Assembly (NCBI GenBank): GCA_031835245.2
Contig: JAVKOQ020000032.1
Span: forward strand, 186,001 to 250,000
Source of the DNA: Balamuthia mandrillaris
Lineage: Eukaryota
Reading direction: 5' to 3'
Length of the DNA: 64,000 bases
Shown here: positions 25,342 through 40,863 of the stretch, piece after piece
How positions within the stretch are numbered: position 1 is the first letter of the stretch
Layout of the letters: every line of letters starts with the position of its first letter
Made by a program: the position numbers and the translations under genes
Notes under the pieces: model-generated
The model's input: only the letters and a program-made list of their open reading frames with translations
The model's database searches: none
What the model was told of the DNA's origin: nothing

Positions 25342-28300
25342 TCATGGTCTCTCCCCTCCACTGGTGGTAGCAGCCTGCACCCGACTTCTTCCCATCTGAA
25401 TGGCTCCGCTCCTTCTCAATGCGCCCGTTCGAGCTGACACCTGCGGCGAAGAACTTCCAAACGAAGAACCCCCACCAATCCCTCCCGTTGATCCAAACAA
25501 CGTAGGAGAAGGCACCGAAGAAGACGAAGAAGAAGAAGGAGAAGACGAAGAAGCAGTTGAAGAAGAGGGGGAAGAAGAGGAAGAGGCAGAAGATTGAAGA
25601 GCAGCTGCTTGTGCTTGTTGTGCTTGCGTTGGTTGGTTGCTCATCTCGCTCTGGTCTTTGGCCAGGAAATCATAGTTGCTCGGAGGAGGAGGCACCGGTG
25701 GAGGAGTGGAAGGGATGTTGGCTCCTTCGAGATCCAACAGGCAAACCTCGATCTCTGTGTCGACCAGCGTTTTGAGGTCGTCCAGCGTCTCGTTGCACTC
25801 GATGTTGTGACCGATCCAGACGCGCAGGCCGTCCGTCCAGTTTACAAAGTTGAAGGGGTTCAGGCTGACTATTGTGAGCGAGCGAGAGTTCTTGTTTGTG
25901 CTGTCACTTCCACTTTTTTTGGATTTTGTTAGAGAGCGATGAAGAAAGACAGAACAAACAAAGGCAAGAAGGAAGAAAGACAGAACAAAGCAAAACGGAG
26001 AAAAAGAAAGTACCTAGGACCCGCATCACCGGTGCCGGTAAGAGTAAGAGAGAAGGTGAGATGTATGATTTCTTCATCCTCTGGCTTCAGTTTTTTCTGA
26101 TTGGCAAAAACGGGGCATGACATTCCAGTTACCACGTTTCTGACCTCGCTCTGAATAACTGTTATCAAAGGAAAGAGAGAGGCAACACGTGGAGAGAGAG
26201 AGAGAGAGAGAGAGGACAAGTTAGAATGAGCTTAAAAAGAAAACGAGAACGGAAGAAAGAGAGAACGAGAGAAAGGAAAAAAGCAGAAAGAAAGGAAAAC
26301 AAACTCGATTCAGTGAGTTCAGGAACAGAGTCCACATCGCCGTTGGTAATGGGACCATACAAAAGTTCTTTGTGGTTTTCGGAAAGACGGAAGAAGTAAA
26401 GCTGCTGAACTGCTTTTCCTTTCAGTTTGTTGCTGTAGACTTTAAAGGCGCATCCGTCCCTTAAATAACTTAACTGTTGCGTTCAAAAAAAATTAGCACG
26501 CCAATAGAAGAGAAATTAAAAAAAGGGAAAGAGCGAAGAGAGAGGAGGAGAAAATTTGGAGAAACAAACCTTTTGGCTCTTAACAAGTTCTAACATGGCC
26601 TTTCGAACGTTGTGTCGAAGCTTGTTGAGAGGGTTGGTTGCAGAGTTGGCCTCTCCGTTTATTGTGACGGCGGTGTCGTCCTCTCCATGAAGACCACTCT
26701 GTTTCCAACTGGCCACTCTTTGAAACATCTCCACTGTGGCTGGATTTTGTGCTAATACATCCCCAATTTGTTTTCTTACTGCAGCCATTACCTGTTTGTT
26801 ATTTGTGAGGAGAACGAGGAGAAAAAAAATAACATAAAACAAACATCAAGTTAAAAAAAAATAAATCAAAAAAACAAACCTTTGGAAAGTCCATGTACGA
26901 CGCATTCATGTCATCCCAAGTGTGATCCAACACCTGGAACGCAATGCAATAAATCTCCTCAAAGGCATGCGGATGGTCAAACAGGATGTTAAAGATCTGT
27001 TGATTGGGATCCTCCTTGCCGATGTGGAGCAGCTCGCAGAGGACTTGGGTCAAGTTGATGCCGGCCACAGCGACGGGATAGTCGTGATCCTTTCTCTCGT
27101 GCTGAATGTCTACTATCTTCCTTCGAAAGTTTTGTTGGTTCTCTGCGATGTAGATAAGGTTTTTCAGGCCCAATAGACCCATCCCTCGAAAATCGGTCGC
27201 TGGATCCGTCCCCTAAACGATGGAATTTTTGAGAAAGAAAAGACGAGAATAGAGAAAGGAGAAAGAGAGAAAAGGAAGTTATACCTGAAAACCCATTCTT
27301 TTCCATTGTGCGCTTATACGATTTTCTAGTTTAACATCAGGAAAGACAGCCTCCCACAGATGCAACAACAACTGTTCGTGCTCTGAGTTAGTTTTGTCGT
27401 AGGGTTGATCGCTGAGCTGCTTCAGCTCCCACAATCTGGATCGTTGGTATAAATAGAGTTGCTCTTTGAAGGCTTTGTTCTCAATGTTTGTTACTTGTTC
27501 CTATTACAATATAAGCAAATTGAGAAATAAATAAGAAAGAGAGTAGAAGGAAGAACAAAGAAGGAAGACACAAAATGACAAAATAGTAGTCGCACCTTCA
27601 AAAGCTTATTAATATCAAGTTCGTCCAGCATATGAAGAAAAGCTTTCTTCTCAGTGGCGTTCGCGAGGGATGTTATAAGTGTTACAATAAGCTTCAAACT
27701 AGCTTCTTTCATGTTCAAATCGGTGCTAGCCATGATTTGGATGAGGTCATAGTAGGGCTTTTTACTTTCGTTCTTTGCTTGTTCTCTTATTGCGCTATCT
27801 ACAGCTTTGAAACCATATCTTGGAAAATATATCAGTCAATAAAAAGAAAGAAAGAAAGAAATAAGAGGGTAGGTAAAAAGAAGAAGATAGAAGGAAGAAA
27901 AAAGAATAGAGAACGGCGGAGAAACCTTTCCGACTGAGCCATTCGATTGAGAATCTCAATAGCTCGTCTGGAAGCTGTCAAGTTGCTGCAAGAAATGAAG
28001 GAGGTAATGACACGCAGAAACGAATCATCCAGTTTTTCCCAGCCCAATCCATAGTCCATCAACGTCTTCAACGTGGTCAACGCAAAACCCAACAAATTGC
28101 CAGAGATCTCTTGCAAGTACCGAGAAAGCACCATCAGACCGTTTACTTCTATAAACTTTCGCACAAACTCATCATCCTGTTTAGTGTTTGTATTTTTTTT
28201 TTTTTTTGCAAATGTTTTCAAAAGTGAGAAGCAAGAATAAAGAACCATATAAACAGCAACAAAAAAAAAAAATAAAGAAAGCAAGCACCAAGGAAGAGAG

Positions 28301-28635
28301 AGAGGAGAGAGAAAGGAGAGTAGAAAGAAGAGGATGAAGACCTTGAGCTGCGCTTTCATAAGAGTAAGAGCCTTTCTTTTGACTTCGCTGTCAGAACTGC
28401 TGAGCTTCTGAACAGTATCTAGAGCCACCAGGTCAGGCTTTAGCACTAACCGAACATTTGTTCCATCACTCAACGCATATGGGCCCTTTTATTATTGTCA
28501 TTATGTTTTAGAAATATGAATTCGTTTGGGCTGAGCAAAAGAGAAACACAAAGAGAAGATAAAGAAAGTAAAGAAGGAAAGAAAGAAAAAAAGAAAATAA
28601 ATAAATAAAGAAAGAAAGAAAGAAAGAAAGAAATA

Positions 28636-28667
<32 letters not shown>

Positions 28668-29121
28668 AACGACAAGAAAGAAAGAAAGCAGAGAAAGAAA
28701 GAGAGGAGAGACAAGAGAGGAGAAAAGAAAAGAAAAGAAAAGAAAAAGAAAAAGAAAAGAAAGAAACGACGAGAAAGAAACGGCATAGACAGAAAGAAAC
28801 AAACAAAAAAACAAGAAAAGAGACAAAGGCGAAGCATACAAAGAACGAAACTATAACAAAGAGGGGGAGAAAGCAGCACAAAAAAAAGTAGTGGTAGCTA
28901 ACCTCTTGAGGGACATAAGTGCAGGCGGGCTCGATCAAAAGGGCATAGCGAGAGGGCTCTCCCTCGGCGTGCAGCTGCTGGCAGATGTTGTGGAGCTGCG
29001 GAGCCAGCGGCTGGTCCTTCCTGAACTCAAAGTCGTGCAGCGTGGCGCCCGAGGTGGCGCTGCGAACGGTCAGTTTGGCCGTTCCATGCGTGTCCGATTT
29101 GCCGCCGCCCAAAGCTTTCAT
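25342..29121 (-). CDS. ELMO: ELMO (engulfment and cell motility) protein with ELMO domain, PH domain and PxxP tail
   Basis: WKRMGFQGTDPATDFRGMGLLGL, YPVAVAGINLT, FRLSENHKELLYG, WTDGLRV, LLDLEGANIPSTPPPVPPPPSNYDF. Confidence 0.92.
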
Positions 29122-29911
29122 TCCTCTTTCGAGTTAAAAAGTTCAGATGAAAAAAAAAGTAGCAGCAGCGCCAAACAAATCGAAATTAGTTATTTTTTTT
29201 TTTGCCGGTTGAAATCAATTGTTTTCTCGCGATGAATTAGATTTCGTTGCACCGCGTAGGAGAGCGAGAGCGAGAGCGAGAGAGAGAAAACAAAAAGCGA
29301 GAGACTAAAAGCAATCGATGAGCGGCAAAAAAAAAAAGTCGTTGGCTCTCTTTCAACCCAACAAAAAAAATATTAATCTTTCTTTTCTTTGTCGTTTTTG
29401 TCTCTCTCTCTTTTTGATTTATTCAAATTTTTATTGCGATTTTATTGATGCGAGGTGCAAAATATTATCACGCGGACGATATCGTATCGATAAAAGGGGA
29501 TATTCTCCAGATATTTTTCGGTTATCGATCAATCGGGAACTGCCAATGAAAAATCAAAAAATTATTTGCCAGAAAACTGATTGGCGTGGTGAGTGTCGTT
29601 TCGCTGGACAGTGTTATGATTTCAAGTGAGGGAGGGGGGGGGGGAGAGAGAGTTGTACTCAACCATCAGGAATCGTGTTTGTTTGCCTAGGCTTGCCCGC
29701 CATGGCCAGAAGTAAAATGGCTCAACACCGTGGAACAGGGTGACGAATAAACAATGTTAGCCAGAGTCAAGGAGTTTCCTTGGTTTCACATGGGCAGATG
29801 TCTGATATCTGGACGCCCCTTTTAAGAACGTTTTACCCGAAGAAATAAGAACAAAAATAAAAAAAGAAGAAAAAGAAGGAAAGTCTTCGCCCCGCCGCCT
29901 CCCATACGACC

Positions 29912-31561
29912 ATGTCCATGCTGCGGTCTAAACTCTCCTGGTGTCTAGTGGTGTTTCTGCTCAGCGCAAATCTTCTGCAGTATCTTTACTTCTCTGGTGA
30001 TTCCACGCGAGTCGCAGGGGTCGTGAGGCAAGATGACGCCATGAGGAAGGACGATAAGGGCACTGCGGGGGCCGTAGAAGGAGTGGAAAAGGACCGGTTC
30101 ATACAGAAAGAGGAAGACGATGAGGACTGGGAAGACAGTTTCGAAGAGTATGAAGGGGAAAGCGAAGAAGAGGATTTATTTATTTCGCCACAAGACGAAG
30201 AGAGCAGCTGGACTCACGCACATAAGTTCGAAGAGGAAGAATATTATGATGACGAAGAAGAAGAACAAGAAGAACATGAAGAACAAGAACAAGAAGAAGA
30301 AGCAGCAGCAGAAGAGGAAGAAGAAGAAGAAGAGGATGAATGGGAAGCATTAGAAGGAGAGGAAAACAATGAAAATGATTTGGAGCAAAGCGAAGAGACT
30401 GATGAAGATTATGACGCAGAGGAAGAAGGGGAAGGGATGGGACCAGAGCTTCAGGAGGACGAAGCGGCAGAAGATAGCAGCAGCAGTGAATATGAGGCTT
30501 TCACAGACAACGGCGACAGCCAGGGACCTGACGACGATGAAGGTGAAGCAGAGGTAGAAGAAAACGAGATTTCTCAGTCTCCTGTCCATCACCATCCCCC
30601 AGCTCCACATCCTCCCCAACCCCAACCATACTATGAGGAAGAGGATGGCTACCTGGCCGACGCACTGCTCTACAACATCTCAAAGCCCTACCAACACAAA
30701 CACCAGCGCGCCATCTTTGTGTCCACCGCCGGGCACACCGGCACTACCTACCTGAGAGACCTCCTGATGAAAGGCGAGCACGTCATTTCCCTGCACGAGG
30801 CCACCCCTCCCATGAACGGAGGCATCATGCTCCAACTCAACTCCCAAAGGTTCGAGGAGAACTTTGCGCGGCGGTACGACATGAAAGTGGGTGCCATCAA
30901 GAGGCATATCGCCACCGAGGAGCAGAAGCGGAGGGCGGAGAAGGAGCTGAAACCGGGAGAGCGGTTGGTCTATATCGAGACGAACCACATGTTCATCAAG
31001 ACCTTTTGGGATGTCGTGCTGTCGGAGGAGGAGTGGGAGTTTGATATTATCATCCTCCGTCGTAACCTGGTGAGCACTGCAAGGTTAGTTGCCATCGCTG
31101 TTTCTTTTTTCTTCTCCTCCTCCTCTTGTTCTCCTTCTTTATATCTCCTCTCTTTCTCAGGAGGTATTCTCTGTGTCACTAACCAAGAGGTGTCTTAGGT
31201 CGATGCTATCAAACGACAACTTCAACTACACCGCAAAGTCCGGGTCGTGGAGGCAATGGAAGGAGACCACGGGCTCCGTCAATGCCGCCTTCGATCCTCC
31301 CCTCCGCTATGACAACGACACCAGGTACGGTGAAAAACGGAGAAACTACCTCAGCGACGTCTTTGACTCTCCTTCCGGTCGATGCTTCCGCTATCTCATA
31401 GACATCGAGATGAGAGGCATGCGCTTGGTCAAGCTGGTGCGTCCCTTCCTTCACGTTCTTCTTCGTTCTTCCTGTGGAGAAAAAACAACCCAACGCCAAA
31501 ACAAAAAACAAAACAGAAGAAAGATGCTCCTAATGTTCGCTTCCACCATATCCGACTCGAG

Positions 31562-31592
<31 letters not shown>

Positions 31593-32964
31593 GTTCTTGT
31601 TCCTCACCCCCACAAACAAAACAATGAAAAGGATATCGCAGTGCTTCCCGGCGCGCGCGACGTGTTTGACCGCCTCAACCTAACGCCCATGCCGGAGAGG
31701 AGCGGTGCAGCGGCTTCCTTCCTGGTGCCCTCCCCCAAGAACGGGCACGTCTACGGCAAGAGCACCAACGAGCAGCAACGCAAGCTCCTCTGGACAAAGT
31801 ACAAACTCTACGAGTTCCTTTTGGTGCTCGCCTCTCTTCCGTCCACCTCCTCCATGCTGCCTCTGCTACCCTCTCTCTCCAAGCCGACGGCGGCCAACGC
31901 GCACTTGGCGGTGCTCTCTGTGGTCGTAGGGGACGAGCCGATCTCCCTGGTGGAGATGTGGTTGAAGGCAGTGTTGTCGTTTGCGGATTCGGTCCTGTTG
32001 GTGCGATTGGAGAAGGAGGGGGAGGAGAGGAAGGAAGAGGAGACGTTGGTCCGATGGTTGAGGGACTATGCTCCGCCGGAGGTGGTCTCTGTTATCGACC
32101 AACGCACGCTTCGAGAGGAGGAGGGGGCGAGGAGAATTGCAGAAAACATCACCTCGCCTTCCTCCATGCTGGATGACATGGGAAGAAAAGCATTTGCCAC
32201 GAATGGAGCCACGCATGCCATCTTCTTCCAAGACGTTTGGGAGATTCCCACCGCAAACTGGCTTCACCAGAGGCTGCTTCGCCACTTTGTCCTCTCCTTG
32301 TCTGGCCATGAGCGTTTGGTCCTCGGCAAGAAGTGGATGATGCCAACAACGGCTACGAATGAGGCCATGACGTTTGTGGGAGTTGCTCCCGGTCGTGAAG
32401 AGGAGGAGGTGAACATGGAGGCAGTTGCTCCTCCACTTTCCTGGAAAACGTCGAGTGCCGGCTTTTTTGCCTTGTCGGAGCATTTCACGTATCCAACAGA
32501 CACTGCAGCAACCCTAAATGACGATGAGGAGAAGCAGCCCCTTAACTATAAGAGTGGTATATTTGATTTGCGGCCATTCGGATCGTTTGGTGTGCTTGAC
32601 TTCCGGTATGCCACTAATGCTCAAGCTTTGAAGGTCGGTTTCTCGCTTCTTCGCTGCTTCCTTCCTTTCTTCTCTTCTTCTAATATGCTTAAAAAAAAAG
32701 GTGTTACAAAGCTATGACAAGTGCAAACAACAAATCGCCGCCAAGACTCAAAAGGATGGTTACCTTGTTTCTCTTGGTTTTGTGGAGAAGGAGATTAAAG
32801 GAGTGAGGCTACTTGTCGAAAAGGAATGGATCAAACCTTATCAAGCGGCTGGGATCACTCTGAACAGGTTCTATGAAGGTGCAGAATGGGAAGCATTCGT
32901 GGCGAAACGCGCCCAGCAGTTGCAAAAGTGGACTGCAGCAAGGTTATGCACTGGTAACTCCTAA
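29912..32964 (+). CDS. Type II membrane protein: TM anchor, acidic stem, sulfotransferase-like domain, then a degenerate GT2-like domain
   Basis: N-terminal TM; 5'-PSB-like [18 protein letters not shown]; 3'-PB-like [14 protein letters not shown]; later [10 protein letters not shown]...FADSVLLV...[14 protein letters not shown]. Introns are GT-AG. Confidence 0.65.
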
Positions 32965-33088
32965 CGAAATAACATATATAAAAGACTTAAAAGGCACAAG
33001 TGAACCAGAGAACAAGTACATTCCTTCTTGTCTTTTTTTTTCTCTTTAAACGAACGAAGGGAATAAGGATGAAGAAGACATAGAGAAG

Positions 33089-35937
<2,849 letters not shown>

Positions 35938-35973
35938 TTTTTTTGTTTTAATTTTTTTATATCGAACGCTCCC

Positions 35974-35984
35974 AGTTCGAATCC
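35974..35984 (+). promoter_or_regulatory. B-box-like motif in the PFP/TsaE divergent promoter
   Basis: AGTTCGAATCC (RGTTCRANTCC); no tRNA fold. Confidence 0.4.
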
Positions 35985-36240
35985 AGCTCGTTACATTTTT
36001 GTTTTTTTCTTTGTTTTCTACTTTCAACCTCATAGCATTTACATCATATTGGTAATTGATAAAATTCCCCAACCTCATTAGAAGGCTAATATATAGATTA
36101 CCGTCGTCGTTCCGTCCCACATCATAGCATAATATGAAATTATGAGATAGAGCACAAATGCTGCAACATTTTCGGACAAAAATTGCAATAATTGAGGTCA
36201 AAAGGAAGCAAGAGGAAAGAAAGAAAGGAAACCAAAAGAG

Positions 36241-37299
36241 ATGTGGAACAACATGCTCAAGGAAGGGCTCTCGGTGTACCTCCCCTCCGTCTCCCACACA
36301 AAGAAGCTCGCCTCACTCGTGGCCAGAGCCTCTCGTCCCGGCGACATGCTCTGTTTCGATGGGTTCGTCGTCAACCGTCCTTCCAAACACAAAAAAAAAT
36401 CAAATAAATCCTCATCGACAAAAAAAATAATAATAATAACAGGCCGATGGGATCGGGCAAAACAACTTTCATAAGGCACTTCATAAGGGCCATCTTCAAC
36501 GACGAGAGGGTGGAGGTCACCTCGCCGACGTTCGTGCTGAGCACGCACTATGAGGATCCTGGGCATTCCCCTGTCGTCGTGAGACATACCGACCTGCACC
36601 GCCTCTCTGCCGTTGGCATGCCGCCACCCCCTCCTGCCGGCTGCTATGAATTCGAGGAAGTGGATTCATGTATGCACCTCCTTTTTTCTCTCTCCCTCTT
36701 GTTGTTCTTGTTCTTGTTCTTGTTCTTGTTCTTCTTGTTCTTCTTCTTCTTCTTCTTGTTCTTGTTCTTCTTCTTCTTGTTCTTCTTCTTGTTCTTCTTC
36801 TTCTTCTTCTTCTTTTTCCTCTTTTTCTGCTGTTGTTTGTTCATCTCCTTTCTCTTTTTGCTCTCCCTCTTCTTTTCCTTCCACCTGTACGTGTTCTTCC
36901 TCTTCCTCATATTCTCGTTTTCACACTTGCATTGCTTTCCATTAATTTGCTGCCCCAAACAAACCAAACGCCAACACAGCAACAATAGGACTCGTGGAAT
37001 GGGCTTCCGTCATGCGGCACTACCCACGAAAGAGCTTACAGCTCCGCTTCGAAGTAAACTATGGACAAAGAGCATCATCACAACACTCACCACAAAAGGA
37101 AGAAGAAGAAGAAGAAGACAGAGATCAACGAGTGTTGCATCTTAGAGCATATGATGATGAATATTGGAAGGACAAATTGAGGCCAGTCTTTGGAGAAGGG
37201 GAGGAACACAGTTGTCTTAAATACTTTGGGAAGATGCGAAGAAGAGGAGAGGCCGATAAACTGCTTTTCAAACTTCGTTTGGACGAAGGGCTCAGATAA
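36241..37299 (+). CDS. tsaE: TsaE/YjeE-family P-loop ATPase (bacterial t6A pathway type); introns 36363-36442, 36670-36979
   Basis: GDMLCFDGPMGSGKTTFIR (Walker A), VTSPTF, HTDLHRL (consensus HxDLYRL), LVEWA. Confidence 0.85.
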
Positions 37300-37469
37300 A
37301 AAACCGTTTGAATCTCTCTCTCTCTCTCTCTCCTCTCCTCTCTCCTCTCTCCTCTCTCCTTACGTGCGTCATTCATTCTCTATCGTTCTCTTGTGTTTGT
37401 GAAAGAAAGCTCTTTATCTTCTCCTTTTGTTCGTTATTGTAAAATGAGATACAAAAAAGCTGGAAAACT

Positions 37470-39719
37470 TTAGCTTTCACTCGTTCCTCCCTTTGCTTTT
37501 CCTTCAGAAGAAGAAGAAGCAGAAGCAGAGCTCTTTTTCAAGAGATCTAACTGTTCCCACTTGTGCCATCTGCTTTCTAGTACCACCCTCCTTCCTTTAT
37601 TTTCTTTCCCTTGCCCTTCTTCTGTTACTTCTTTCTCTTCATCGTGTGCTTTTGTTGATGTGGAACGTTTTCTTTCTTTGGCGGATCTTCGTTTGAGAGC
37701 TGCCATTGCTTTCTTTGCTTTCTTCTTTGTTGATGTTGTGCTATTCTCTCCGCTTTCACTCCTTCTCCACTTTTCTTCATCTTCTTGCCTCTGTGAGGAC
37801 GATTCTGTTAACAGATGATGTTGTGGATGGGCGTCATCATCAGTATCCATCGACTTGCTTCGAAATAACAACAAAGAAGAAGCGGAGGAAGAGGGCGATG
37901 ATGTAGAAGAGGAAGCAGGCGAAAGAGAAGGAACAAAAGTCATAGGATTGATCTCCTTTCTTCGTTTGCCTTTCAAAGGTTTTACTGGAGCAACAACGGA
38001 GACGTCGTTAGAGTTCCTCGTTGATGAATATGAAGGAGTAGATGTCGAGAGAAGAGCGGCAGAAGAGGCAGACGAGGAAGAAGTTGTTAGAAGAACAGAC
38101 GGCGAAGAAGTTGACGTTGGAAGAAGAGTTACAGTTGATGAAGAAGCAGAGGGAGACGAAGATGGAGTTGAACTCAAGAGAGATCGAGCAGAGTGTGACT
38201 TTTTCCTTGTATTGAACTCTAAAGATGTGGATAGTAACGAAGAGGTTAAAGTAGAGGGAGAAGTGGAAGTTAGCTTTTCTGTTGTTGAGGAATCTCTTTC
38301 TCGTGGAGTCGAAGCGATAGAAGAAGGTGCCGACGATGATGAAGTAGGTAGATTTGTTTCAGCTGTTGACTCTTCCTCCTGTTCTTCGTCTTCAGAAGTT
38401 TCACTCAACGAGTCTTCTTCTTCTGTCGATGACAATACAGTCAGTAAGTCTTTTTCTTCCTCTTCTTCTTTTTCTTCTTCATTTGACCTATTTTCTCTTT
38501 CTCCTTCTTCTTGCTTTAGAGGCGGCTGAAGAGGAAAAGGATCAACCTCCCATTCTTCATCGCTTTCTCCATTTCCTTCTCCCCCTTGTTTCGCGTAGAA
38601 CGGCTGCCCATCTCTGCTCAAGCTGCGACTCCGACTGTGCCGACGATTGTCGCTTCGACTTCGACTCCGAATCTTCGAAGTGGACGTGTTGTTAACATTA
38701 GCAGGAGGAGTGGAAAATGAAGAAGAGGATGACGAAGAAGAAGTTGTTGATGATGATGATGATGATGAAGTTGACGAAGAAGACGGATCGGATGCTTTTC
38801 CAGTAAAGAAAGAAGCGGCAGAAACGAATGGCACGAGACCGCTGAGACGTTGTTGTCGGATTCGAACCTTGCGAGCGTTACCGTCTTCGCTTTGGACCAA
38901 AGAAGAAGAATGATCAGCTCTTGGTATACGGCGTTTCGGTTCATGTGTGGAAGAAGAAGAAAAAGAGAGAAGACTCTTTTGAGCCGGTTGTTTCTTCTTT
39001 GACAAAGACGAAGAAGGAGGGGCGTGCCTCTCTTTGAAAGGAGGTGCAAAGAGAGCATCCTGAAGGACGTAATGCAGCTTTTGCTTTTCTTTGTTCTTTT
39101 TCTCCTTCTTCATGGAAGAAGCAGAAGACAACGAAGCAGACAAGGTAGGCCTCTCTCCTTTTTCTTTTTCATGCTCTTTGTTGTGTTGTTGTTGCTGCTG
39201 TTTCTTGCTCATCGCTTCTTTCTTCTCGGCGGCCGAAGAATGGGTTGCCGTTGACGGTTGCGGCGTAGGAGAAGGGCCCAACAGTAAGTCCCATGACATC
39301 CACGATGCTTTCTCTCTCTCCTTCTCCTTCTTCTCCTTTTCTTTCCTCTCTTTCTCTCTCCTCTGTTGTACTTGCAATTGTTGCTGTTCTTTCTTCCGTA
39401 CTTCTTCCTCTTCTTTTCTTCTCCGCTCAGACTCATCTTCGTTGCTTTGTAGTAGTTGTTGTTCTCTTTGTTGTTGCAGCTGTTCTCTTTTTGCCTTCTC
39501 CTCAAGTTCTAATTGTTGCTGTTGTTGCAGTTTCTTCTTTCGAAGGCGCTCCTCCCAAAGACGTCGTTCTTCGAGCTCGGAGGGGTCGACCACCCAAGAC
39601 GGGTCCAGCTCCCACTCGCTGGCAGAGTTGGTGTCTTCGTCGTCGGAGGAGGACAGGTCGGTGCTCGTCGTCCAGTCCACATCTTTACGTATAGTAAGAT
39701 GTAACTTTTGTTTGAACAT
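37470..39719 (-). CDS. Low-complexity Ser/Glu/Lys-rich hypothetical protein, single exon
   Basis: 749-codon ORF with ATG, arranged divergently from MMM1. No recognisable domain. Confidence 0.65.
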   Translation of the reverse strand: MFKQKLHLTIRKDVDWTTSTDLSSSDDEDTNSASEWELDPSWVVDPSELEERRLWEERLRKKKLQQQQQLELEEKAKREQLQQQREQQLLQSNEDESERRRKEEEEVRKKEQQQLQVQQRREKERKEKEKKEKEREKASWMSWDLLLGPSPTPQPSTATHSSAAEKKEAMSKKQQQQQHNKEHEKEKGERPTLSASLSSASSMKKEKKNKEKQKLHYVLQDALFAPPFKERHAPPSSSLSKKKQPAQKSLLSFSSSSTHEPKRRIPRADHSSSLVQSEDGNARKVRIRQQRLSGLVPFVSAASFFTGKASDPSSSSTSSSSSSSTTSSSSSSSSFSTPPANVNNTSTSKIRSRSRSDNRRHSRSRSLSRDGQPFYAKQGGEGNGESDEEWEVDPFPLQPPLKQEEGERENRSNEEEKEEEEEKDLLTVLSSTEEEDSLSETSEDEEQEEESTAETNLPTSSSSAPSSIASTPRERDSSTTEKLTSTSPSTLTSSLLSTSLEFNTRKKSHSARSLLSSTPSSSPSASSSTVTLLPTSTSSPSVLLTTSSSSASSAALLSTSTPSYSSTRNSNDVSVVAPVKPLKGKRRKEINPMTFVPSLSPASSSTSSPSSSASSLLLFRSKSMDTDDDAHPQHHLLTESSSQRQEDEEKWRRSESGENSTTSTKKKAKKAMAALKRRSAKERKRSTSTKAHDEEKEVTEEGQGKENKGRRVVLESRWHKWEQLDLLKKSSASASSSSEGKAKGGTSES

Positions 39720-40141
39720 TTACCTCTCTAAAATGTTTGCGTGGTAATGTTTTTGTTCTGGAGGGGAAGACCGGAAGGGCAAGACAAGAGAAGAGGCCAG
39801 GAACGCAGGTTCAAAAATCTTCTGCTGGCGAGCGAAACTAAATAAACACAAACAAAAAAAAATTGGCTTCGCTCTTTTTTTTGTTTTGAAATTGGAACCC
39901 CATTACGTAATTATAATTTCCATAATGAAATTAAATATTTCCTATCAAGGAAATATTTAATCAATCAGTCTAATCTAGGTTGAAACATCGTGTCGTCACG
40001 TGGCAGATCTCACGCTTTTACGTCGACAATTTACGTCGACTTTCCGTGTCGTCGCGGACATGGTGTCGACACGAAAGTTTGTTGGTTGCCGTCAAAAAAA
40101 GGGGGGAAGGAGGAGGCGAAGCCGCCGTGAAGCTCTTTTCC

Positions 40142-40829
40142 ATGTATTCCTTCGTGGCGGGGCTGCTCCTCGGCGTGCTGCTCACCACGTTGTTCGTGGG
40201 GTTGGTCTGCTACGTGGCCTTCCTTCGGCCGCCGCGCAAGCCCAGAAAATCTCATTTCGCTGCGCCCTCTGGCAACGCTTCCCATCACCATCAACAGCGC
40301 CTCTCCTCTCTGCTTCGCTCAGACCTGATTCGCTCTCTGCAGGAGAGAATGAAAGAAGAGGCAGCGGCAGCGGCAGGAGGGCGAGGGGTGAAACTGGACG
40401 TGGACGTCCATGCTCATGTCCCTGGCACGTCTCCTCCTGAGCAACCACACGGGAAGCGCGCTCCTCCTTCCCGGCCGACTTCTGCCAACGCTCTCAGCGT
40501 CACTCGCAAAATGTTGCATCGAAGCAGAAGAGAGACCACAACAAAGAAAGGCAAGGAGAAAAGAGAACAAGAGGAGGAAGAGGAAGGAGGGAAGAGCAGC
40601 GGCGTCAAAGAAAGCGGAGTGTGGCTCAACGTCTTGGCAGAGCGCTTGTTTGAGGAGGTGGTCAGTTTGCCGGGCTTGACGCAGCAGCTGCGGGACCTCA
40701 TTGAGAAGAAGCTCAACCCTAGCGACCCTGCCAAGAAGCCTGACCTGTTGGTTTGTTCTCTCTTCTGTCGCGTTCTCCTCTTCTCAGTCCTCTCTTCTCG
40801 TTCTTCTCCTGCTTTGCTTCTCTGCCTCG

Positions 40830-40863
<34 letters not shown>

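Noticed and set aside
29650..29825. Possible ncRNA with small hairpins upstream of the sulfotransferase-like gene
   Set aside because: Only short stems, with no C/D, H/ACA or Sm motifs in convincing positions.
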